In this document: one piece after another, positions 55,179-64,000 of the stretch | Layout of the letters: every line of letters starts with the position of its first letter | Position numbering within the stretch: the first letter of the stretch is position 1 | NCBI GenBank assembly: GCA_010093705.1 | Contig: MU006090.1 | Span: 248,001 to 312,000, forward strand | Direction of reading: 5' to 3' | Origin: Patellaria atrata CBS 101060 | Taxonomy: Eukaryota | DNA length: 64,000 nucleotides | The notes under the pieces: model-generated | Databases searched by the model: none | What the model was told of the DNA's origin: nothing | Seen by the model: the letters and a program-made list of their open reading frames with translations, nothing else | Made by a program: the position numbers and the translations under genes

Positions 55179-55211
55179 AGACGAAGCGAAGGCGAAGCGA
55201 AGACGAAGCGA
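55179..55211 (+). repeat. Three tandem copies of 11-bp AG(A/G)CGAAGCGA
   Basis: AGACGAAGCGA AGGCGAAGCGA AGACGAAGCGA, read directly from the sequence. Confidence 0.8.
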
Positions 55212-55511
55212 GAAATTATTCGCATAATGGAAACCGTTAGGATTGTATTAATTCGGGTGGCTGGTAGTCGGCCTACTCCATTCTCTCGCTCCTTCTTTCC
55301 TCTTCCACAAAACATCCTCCTTCCTCCTTTACTTCGACAACACCTTTGTTAAGACAGACTTTCACAACAACGTAGCGCCTTTTGTGCTGTATTCAATTCC
55401 TGATGAACTTTCAATTGATCACTTTCACCTCTTTACGAAAAGCTCCCGTGACGACAATCTATTTCACGAATGGTGAAATCGTCGAGCTTTTGGTCAAAAC
55501 TTGACGCAGCC

Positions 55512-57077
55512 ATGGCTTCACCTGGTAAGTAAATGAATACTTGAGCTTCCAGTGCTACCGTGATATCCCGTCAAACTATTTCTATATCAAGCGCTCAATA
55601 ACTGATCTTATTTCGCACCGTAGTATCTCTCAATATTTTGGACGATCGCGAACACACTTCGATACTTTTCGACTCTACAACTTTTGTGGACCAAATGAAA
55701 TTTCCAACAGCCACCTTTGACGAGATTCTCCCCCTGAACCCATTCTCCCCCTTAATTCTTGGCACCGCACCTAACTTCTCTCTTCCATCTCCACAAAGTG
55801 ACCATCTCTTCGAAGAGCTCGACTTTTCCTCCGACTTTGGCCCTACCAGTCTAGACATACTCGATGAATTTTTCTCTTACCCGACCGAGCTTGGTAGTCC
55901 TGTCGAAAAACCACATCAGACTCCTGAAAACGCCAAGGAACTTGAGGCTGAGCACGTGACCATACCGGTACAGCTAACCCTCACACCAGTGGCCACACCG
56001 AAACCAAAATCCGCCGGTAGACTTCCAGGCAGCGCGAGAAAGTGCTCCACTATTATCCACGAGCTGTCAGTTCATGAAAGCGTCTTCGATGTCAATACTC
56101 TCGAGGACGTTGCTGTTCTCAACAGAACTCCCAAGCCTAGAGCTTACAACGACATTTACGCGGCAAAATCGACTCCAAGCCCTACTAGTCGCAAGAGTCC
56201 AAAGGAAACAATCCAAAATGTGCTGACACCTTCGTCTTCGGTCGGTGTTCAGCACTCAGATACCGGCGATAAGAATACGACTGGTAATCAACTCCCAAAA
56301 ACCACTGATGACGATGACGTTATCTTCATCCACAGTGTGAAAAAGCCGAAGTCAGCACCAAATTTCGCGCACACCACTAACCCCAATGTCGGAAGCGGTG
56401 CTCAACGCCCGGCATTTCACCTCGATCCTTTTACTGTGCAAGCTTACCAAAACTACGGACAAACACTCATGAGCTTGAATGATACAGAATGGTACGGAAC
56501 CATGGCACCTGGTACAGGCTTTGAGTTCTTGGATAACCGGCGTCCACCACAAGTCGTCGGCACAACAAGACGCCCTATCATGACTCCTGCTTCACAGAAA
56601 ATTGCTAAACCCATGATTACTGGGATGCAATACACCACAGGTCGTCCCAAGACGAGCCGTGAATACGCCATCGAGCGTTTCCTGTCTCTCACCAATAATC
56701 CTCAACCGTCATTCTCTGCCTCGAAAATCTCGACTAACACACTCGGACCACCAATCTTGTCGATCTCGCGTGATGGTGTCATCACAACACCATCTTCTAC
56801 CCTAAGGGACGCGCCGGCGAAGAAAGGTGGCCGAAAGGTGAAGAATGCTGAAGGCATTCAACCGAAGCCTACGGCTTCAACAAAGAGAAAGGCAGCAACG
56901 GGCGCTGATGTAGCGGCGTCTAAACACCAAAACATTGGCGGAACGACAATTGAACCGTCCAAATACCAGCGTATTCCTGGCACCATCAGGCCAAGGCCGG
57001 AATTCTGGGAAGATGACTTTGTGGCCTGGGGCCAAAAGACGGAATTCGGGTGCTACCCGGAGAGATTTGTTTGGTAA
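55512..57077 (+). CDS. Hypothetical low-complexity protein, probably nuclear
   Basis: ATG 55512, 13-nt first exon, intron 55525-55623 (GTAAGT...ACTGAT...TAG) spliced in frame to the 479-aa ORF. Acidic N-terminus; basic clusters PAKKGGRKVK and TKRKA. Confidence 0.7.
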
Positions 57078-57699
57078 ATTGGTACTCGATGGAAGTCTTG
57101 TCTTCCGAATTAGATAGTTCTCAGATAGTTGCCCTATTCAAGCTCAATATCCACATCCCTATTTCAAGTCGTTATCTACAGTAACACTTGTGTCGTTGTA
57201 ATAAGCTTCGAAACGATCCCATCGCCAAGGACCTATCCCATCCCTCATCAAGCTATTCCTCTGCTACCAGACACTAACTCATTGAATTAACTTTAACCTC
57301 ACCTAATAAAAAGAATTAAATTTATGAATGATTCTCAGTCATATGTATAACCTATTGGTATTCATTTGAGTGTTATACAACCCGTCTACAAAGGCAATCT
57401 GAGGAGTAGACAGAAGAAATTGGGGTTGCACAGTAAGTCCTTAACTACATACCGACTTGAGAGAAAGGATAGTGCCAGTCCTTTAATACTCTCGACTCAT
57501 CAGTCGACTAGTAACTGTCTAATAAGAATATAGAACCCGATGTGTGCGAATCGGGAGAAGGGTAAGAATTCCACTACCTTCCGTTGAACCGGGCCGTCTG
57601 ATGTTATTGGCCTTATTACCCCTCATATCACGAACGTAAAACTTCTAACATGTAAAGTTTCCCACATATCCTACTGAATAGGTAGAAGTGGTCTACAAA

Positions 57700-59328
57700 A
57701 TGTCATCCCAAGATCTAGAAATCCTTGCCAAATACTCCGCCTGCGATGTACTTCCTCCCCTGTCCTCATTTCCCCCCCTCAATTCCTGTCCCCCGACTTC
57801 CCTCACTACAATAAAACTGCTAAATACACCAGGTATCCGACGCCCTCGTCAAACTGGGTTTTACCACAGGCGGATTCCTCGCTGATCTTTGTTGGTTATC
57901 CCTCCTCACCTTTACCCCTTACAAATCCCCTATGGCCGTTGGTTTGCGTATATGTCCTAATTGATTCTCGTACACCCCCCCCCCCCGTTATGATATTCGT
58001 CCACCCTCTGGAGACTGGTCGAGTTGTATATCGTGTTGAGAGCTATACTAAGTACCCCATACTGTACAAGTGCGGTACCGGCTTAGAACCAGTCTTTGGA
58101 GCCCATCTTGGAATTACGTGATAGCGTAAAATCAAAAGGTGGATGGAGGAGAGAGCCATGAGTTTGACTATGCTAAGCGATTACTGGTACAGGATTCAAT
58201 CATCCAAATGAGCCTAATACATAAGCTTCCGCTGTGCTCATCCTCCGAAAATAGCTTCCAACGCTCCAATTCCGGATGATTGAGTACAACTCCCGACCCC
58301 AAGCAACTCTACCAGCGGTTCTTGACTGCCTGCAGCAGTACTAGGTCGTCGAAGGGGGGTGTACACGTATCAAAACAGAACAATCATACGCAGCCCAACA
58401 GCCTCCCCTCCCCTCCCCCCTAATTTCCCAAATCTTCCCAATCACTCATCTAACACCCAAACAGACCCCGTCGCTCATTTCGCCCCTCAGTCTCCCTCCA
58501 CATACAACCAAAAAACCATCGCCCCAGCTTCCACCGTCCAGTTCGTACCCAAACTCCTCCCCTCGGCAGCATTCCCCGATCTCCGCCCGTCCAACATATC
58601 CTCTGGTACCCCGTACGCAGACCTCGCGGTTGCAGATAGTATCGTAGTGATATCGCAGCCGGCGGTCCAGCACTGCGCGGTCATGGGCGGTATCATGGCG
58701 TCAAGGATGGCGAGGAGGGGCGTCAAGGGGGTTGTGGTGTCAGGGAGGGTGAGGGATCTGGGTGTCTTGAGCGGGTTGGGAGAAAGGGGTATGCCGGTCA
58801 GTTTGTTCAAATTTTTATCATGTTGTTAATTTCTTCCCCGGCCATCTAAGTGTGAAAGGTAGGAAGGATGAGATGAAGGGTTTGAGGGACTGTGCTGTGG
58901 GACGATAAGCGAGACCAAAGTGCTGACTAGCTGCTGTTAGGTCTGGGCCCGCGCGACGTCGATTGTAGGCGCAGGTGCTGAAGCGAAGGCGTGGGCGGTG
59001 GGTGTGTCGGTGGAGGTCGGTGGCGTGACTGTACATCCTGTGAGTTGTTGTCTACCTGTCTTCCCAAAACAATTCTATCATTGCATCTTGCGTTGGGAGG
59101 TGAGTCTAGGATGAATAAGGCACGACGGTGCTAACCTCCGTTTCTATCTCATAGGGTGACATTATATTCATTGACCCTTCCGAGAATGGTGTCGTGGCCA
59201 TACCGAAGGCTAAACTAGCCGAGGTGATGGAGTTACTACCGGGATTAGTTGAGGAAGATGAAAAGGTCTTGGATGCTGTCAAGAAGGGTACTGAAGTTGA
59301 GGAGGCATTTCGGCAGTACAGGAATTAG
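57700..59328 (+). CDS. RraA-like / HMG-aldolase family protein
   Basis: YSACDVSDALVKL, CAVMGGIMA, GVVVSGRVRD and VHPGDIIFID. Introns 57748-57832, 57891-58464, 58797-58940 and 59040-59154 are all phase-compatible. Confidence 0.9.
57973..58361. mobile_element. Putative TA-flanked MITE-like insertion inside intron 2 of the RraA-like gene
   Basis: GTACACCCCCC (57970-57980) is the exact reverse complement of GGGGGGTGTAC (58354-58364). TA at 57971-57972 and 58362-58363. Only one copy is visible. Confidence 0.45.
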
Positions 59329-59479
59329 CCTTGAATGCCACTGTTAGCAGAACGGGGAAGATATTGTACATCTTGTTCGAAGGTTCAGAGACGAAAGGGC
59401 CATAGTAAGACTGCCGTATATATTCATGTTCAACATCATCGGAATTTGCTAGGACCTAGATCTTTATCTAACTACCTCC

Positions 59480-61337
59480 CTATATCTTTCCCTCCTTTAT
59501 CCTCCTCTCCAAACCAACTCTCCACCGATCTCCATATTTCCCCAAGCCCCAAATCACCGCAACCCCACTAACCAGACTTAAAATTCCAAGCAACGTAAAC
59601 AACCATCCGTTCCCAATAGCCACGATCAAGGGCTCGCCAAGCACACCACCAAGGAAGGAGAAGATGTTGCGGACGAAGTTGTTCACGGCAACTGCAGAAG
59701 CAGAGCGCGAAGGGAGGAGTTCGGTGAGCATTGTTGTGGCAAGCGCGAAGACGAGCATGGAACCGATGCCAAAGAAGAAGTTGGCGATGACCTAGGACGA
59801 GAGGTTAGTTATGGTTGAGACTAAGTGTGAGCAACACCGCTGTAAGATACTTGAAGCTGGAAGGGGAACAACGTACGGGGACGATCCAATGCACGCCCTT
59901 CTCAACGGCCCAGCCATACCAGATCAGTGACAACGGAAATAAGACAGCTGCGATCCATGCATTTTCCTTCATCCGGTCTTCCGGGCGCAATATCAATTTA
60001 CCTCTATCATCGTATCGACCTGCTTTCCTAGCTTCGCGAGCCATGATGTAGTCGATCCATGGTCCGCCAAATATACTTGCCAGCACGTAGCCTAGAGAAT
60101 TAGGAATATATAACAAGCCGACGATCAGAGTCTCAAAAGAATATGGAGGAGTGGAGAATGTTGTTTGGATACTGATGTTGAGGAAATACAGACTCCCGAA
60201 AGTTATGCTGGCATAGTATACAGTCAGGAGAACTGCAGGATATCGTAAGAATAGAAGACTCGATAAAGGATCGAGGAGGTAGCGACGGAGAGTTCTCATG
60301 TATCTCTTCGTTGTGATTTGGACGGATTGTCTTGTCGAAACGCGAGATAGGTTTGGTCTATCTCCACTCTTTCTTGTGGGGTGGGCTCTACCTTCTTTCT
60401 CGTCGAGTATCGGTTCCTCAGCAGGTTCAGTGGCTTGTTGCGACTCTTGAGCTGCACCGTGAACTTGTAATTCCTCTACAACGTTTCGTTTTAGCTTAAG
60501 AGTCTCCGGGAGAAGAAATAATATTCCAGCAAATGTGATACCCCCGTATATTACGAGGAACCACATAGTGCTCCTCCATCCCAACTTCTGAGTCAGTATA
60601 CCGCCTATTATAGGAGCAAAAAGTGGCCCGCAAAGAGGTCCTAGATAAAAGATGCTCATGGCACGTCCCCTTTCCTTCGGTTCCCATATATCCGCTATTG
60701 TGCCTGCGCCAACCGCCTGGACTGAAGCAGCAGCACCACCACCCAAAACTCTCATGACAATAAGCATTGAGATGTTTTGCGCGATCGCTGCCAAGACGTT
60801 CCAGCCAACGAAGAGCGCAAAACTGACCAAGTAAATACTACGTCTACCAAAGGTCTCTGAGAAAGAACTCCACCACAGCGGAAATATACTCATGCTCAAC
60901 ATATAGACTGCGACGCTCAAGTTCGTGATCGTCGGCGTACTCTTCAGCGCTTGGGATATGTCTTGAAGAGCTGGGAGCACTATGACAGAGCCCATAGGCC
61001 CAGCCATTGCTGCGAAAGCCACAGTGGCCGTGATAGCCCATTTTGTCCTTCGTGCGTAGTATTTCGGCTCTGTGACTTCAGGGACTAGGGAGAGAAAGGC
61101 GAAAAGGCCTCGTCGAGATCGCACAGAGACTCTGACAGCGGACCGAGCGATCGAAGACGTTGCCCGTGAAAGTGGTGGCAGCATATCATTTTGAGGCACT
61201 TCATCTCCCGAAGAAGGTCCTAACGGTGTGGCGGGTTCGATAGAGATATCCAAGGAAGATGACGTTGGACGTCTGTTTAGGGGAGACTGTGGTGGACCAG
61301 TATCTTCTTCTTCACTCCTTTCTATCTCGTCTTTCAT
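59480..61337 (-). CDS. MFS drug:H+ antiporter (DHA1, Qdr/Dtr1-like)
   Basis: WSSFSETFGRR, GAGTIADIWEPKERGRAM, GWRSTMW, LPETL, PEDRM and VAVNNFVRN. Intron 59876-59792. Confidence 0.93.
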
Positions 61338-62039
61338 TGCGCTTTTGGTTCGACGACGCTATACACAGGTATCTGAGGGTTTTATGTCTCTATTACGGAC
61401 GATGTCGGGAATATCATCGGCTTAACCGAACGGTGAGGCGGACAAGTCGTTAACGGCGCAAAGCACACCGAGGGTGGGATACGTAGAATATGCTGAATGC
61501 GATTGTTGATATAGAGTGATAAGGAAGGACTCACAACTCCCCGCACACAATAATGGTTCGGTAAGCATGATGGCGGCTGCTCTCGAATTCCGCGCAAAAC
61601 AGAGATGGGATGGGGATCTCGCCGCTAGAAAGAAGACCATGTTCTCGGTTTCGTCTTTTCACGATATGCCGCATAACCGGGTAATGGCTTGAGCGGTGGC
61701 AGAATGATGAATTGTCGGGTTTAGCCACCGCTACAAGATGATTGATGGAAATGACAGTTTAGACAGACACGACAGATCACTAAGATAATAGCTATGCTCA
61801 TGTTAGCTAAGATGTGCAGGAATCCTATTGCTCAACCTTGATGAACACCCCTTCACCCCTTGAATAGAGATGATGGTGCAGATAAGCTCCCGCCCCTTGG
61901 GAAGCCTGAACTGGTATAAGGGTCTTGTTCAGGCCGTGCACGGTTTCAGAGCGTGCACGGTCGCCCACCAAAATTTAGTTGTCAAAATACACGTATCCGG
62001 AGAATAATAAGGACTACTTTTTACTCCACCACCACCAAT

Positions 62040-63910
62040 ATGACTCCAATTGAGGGCGCGCTTGAGAGTCTAAAGCTTCAAGATATCCCTAATATAACGC
62101 AAACTGCAAAAGAGTATAATTGTGACCGCACGAAGTTGTCGCGGCGTTTTCGTAATGTCACTGTTTCCCGCGAGGTAGCAATCGAAAACTCTAAATTAAT
62201 GACCGAGGCGCAGTCCAAAACACTTATTAAATATATCAATCGATTAACTGATCGTGCTTTCCCTCCTACGCCTGCAACTGTACGAAATCTGGCCGGCCAT
62301 ATCGTTGGAAAAAGACCTGGAAATAGCTGGGTTACGAGGTGGTATGGGCGCTAAGGAGATCAGCTCAAATCTGGTTATCTCAGTCCTATTGATTTAGCCC
62401 GTCATAAGGTCGATTAGGGACCGTTTTACAAGCTCTATTTCGAGCTCCTTAGGCGTAAGCTCGACAAGTTTAGTATCCTACCAGAAAATACGTACAATAT
62501 GGATGAAAAGGGCTTCCTCATAGGTATGCTTAAAAAGTCACGTAGGATTTACAGCAAAGCTACTTTTGAAAGTGGGAGGGTCAAGGGAATTGCATAGGAC
62601 GGAAATCGGGAGTGGATTACGGTCCTAGCTACTATCTATGCAGATGGAACAGCTATCCCTCCTGGGATCATCTACCCCTCGGTATCAGGAGCGATACAAG
62701 ATACGTGGTTAGAGGGCTATCGACCGGAAGAGTAGGAGTGTTTTTTTACTGCTTCACCGACAGGATGGACTAATGACGAGCTCGGATTGAGGTGGTTGGA
62801 GACCGTTTTTGACCGTTCTACTAAAACCAAAGCTAGTCGAGCTTGGAGGCTTCTTATCGTCGATGGCCATGGCTCCCATATCAATATGCCTTTTTTGGAG
62901 TATTGTATAAGCAATAAGATCATATTAGCTAACTATCCTCCTCACTCTACGCANNNNNNNNNNNNNNNNNNNNNNNNNNNNNNNNNNNNNNNNNNNNNNN
63001 NNNNNNNNNNNNNNNNNNNNNNNNNNNNNNNNNNNNNNNNNNNNNNNNNNNNNNNNNNNNNNNNNNNNNNNNNNNNNNNNNNNNNNNNNNNNNNNNNNNN
63101 NNNNNNNNNNNNNNNNNNNNNNNNNNNNNNNNNNNNNNNNNNNNNNNNNNNNNNNNNNNNNNNNNNNNNNNNNNNNNNNNNNNNNNNNNNNNNNNNNNNN
63201 NNNNNNNNNNNNNNNNNNNNNNNNNNNNNNNNNNNNNNNNNNNNNNNNNNNNNNNNNNNNNNNNNNNNNNNNNNNNNNNNNNNNNNNNNNNNNNNNNNNN
63301 NNNNNNNNNNNNNNNNNNNNNNNNNNNNNNNNNNNNNNNNNNNNNNNNNNNNNNNNNNNNNNNNNNNNNNNNNNNNNNNNNNNNNNNNNNNNNNNNNNNN
63401 NNNNNNNNNNNNNNNNNNNNNNNNNNNNNNNNNNNNNNNNNNNNNNNNNNNNNNNNNNNNNNNNNNNNNNNNNNNNNNNNNNNNNNNNNNNNNNNNNNNN
63501 NNNNNNNNNNNNNNNNNNNNNNNNNNNNNNNNNNNNNNNNNNNNNNNNNNNNNNNNNNNNNNNNNNNNNNNNNNNNNNNNNNNNNNNNNNNNNNNNNNNN
63601 NNNNNNNNNNNNNNNNNNNNNNNNNNNNNNNNNNNNNNNNNNNNNNNNNNNNNNNNNNNNNNNNNNNNNNNNNNNNNNNNNNNNNNNNNNNNNNNNNNNN
63701 NNNNNNNNNNNNNNNNNNNNNNNNNNNNNNNNNNNNNNNNNNNNNNNNNNNNNNNNNNCGAAGCAGAAGAAGCAGATTGTTATACCACCAGCTATAGAAC
63801 TCTTAGATAATATTACTGAGGTAGTAGAGGTAGAAACGGTCAATCCCACGACTGGTCGGCCCCGACGGCAATCACGACTGCCACAGAGATTTCAGAGCCC
63901 TGATATATAG
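62040..63910 (+). pseudogene. Inactivated Fot1/pogo DDE transposase
   Basis: HTH region (ITQTAKEYNCDRTKLSRR), YNMDEKGF, xDGNREW, GWTNDELGLRWL, LIVDGHGSH, YPPHST; C-terminal GRPRRQSRLPQRF. In-frame stops at 62352, 62415, 62595 and 62733. Confidence 0.92.
62954..63758. other. Assembly gap (805 N)
   Basis: Run of N inside the transposase, consistent with a collapsed multicopy repeat. Confidence 0.99.
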
Positions 63911-64000
63911 ATAGACGGAAAGTACAGCTTCTTATTCACAACATCATGAAATTTAGTATAGATATATCAAATATGGAGCGAGTTGCATCATTTTCAAAAT

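Larger units (their letters stand above)
61919..64000 (+). mobile_element. Fot1/pogo-type DNA transposon; right terminal repeat probably just beyond the window
   Basis: After TA (61917-61918) lies a TIR-like segment with internal direct repeats TTCAGGCCGTGCACGG / TTCAGAGCGTGCACGG, followed by a pogo-type transposase. The left boundary is inferred. Confidence 0.88.

Noticed and set aside
57891..58464. TPP riboswitch or box C/D snoRNA in the long intron
   Set aside because: No TPP aptamer core and no properly arranged RTGATGA/CTGA boxes were found by eye.
62787..63849. 336-aa and 300-aa ORFs in the track
   Set aside because: Artefacts of translating through the N gap.

Overview
A gene-dense window from a filamentous ascomycete (Pezizomycotina-type: short GT-AG introns with CTRAY branch sites and RIP-like mutation of a transposon). 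About 25 protein-coding genes can be spliced by hand. In order: the 3' part of ARO1, an F-box-like Cys-rich protein, an EngB/YihA GTPase head-to-head with FMC1, a tentative microprotein, a stand-alone RfeG-like small protein, a repeat-rich GPI surface protein divergent from a transmembrane pepsin-fold protein lacking its first catalytic Asp, a small hydrophilic protein, the cell-wall-integrity MAPK (Slt2/MpkA), an Inn1/Fic1-like C2 protein, a Cys-rich GPI protein, an ACS-type MFS transporter, SNF1, a fatty aldehyde dehydrogenase, a six-hairpin glycosidase-like protein, a class I hydrophobin, MAD2, GUF1, two DHA1 MFS transporters, a low-complexity orphan and an RraA-like aldolase. The window ends in a RIP-inactivated Fot1/pogo transposon interrupted by an 805-nt N gap. 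No rRNA, tRNA or CRISPR array was recognised. The most notable items are the receptor-like pseudo-protease paired with a mucin-like gene beside the CWI MAPK, a TA-flanked inverted-repeat insert in a 574-nt intron, the stand-alone RfeG-like gene, an out-of-frame signal-peptide exon, a 5'UTR hairpin, and recurring CA-rich to GT-rich strand switches. Family assignments are from recalled motifs; no database search was run.
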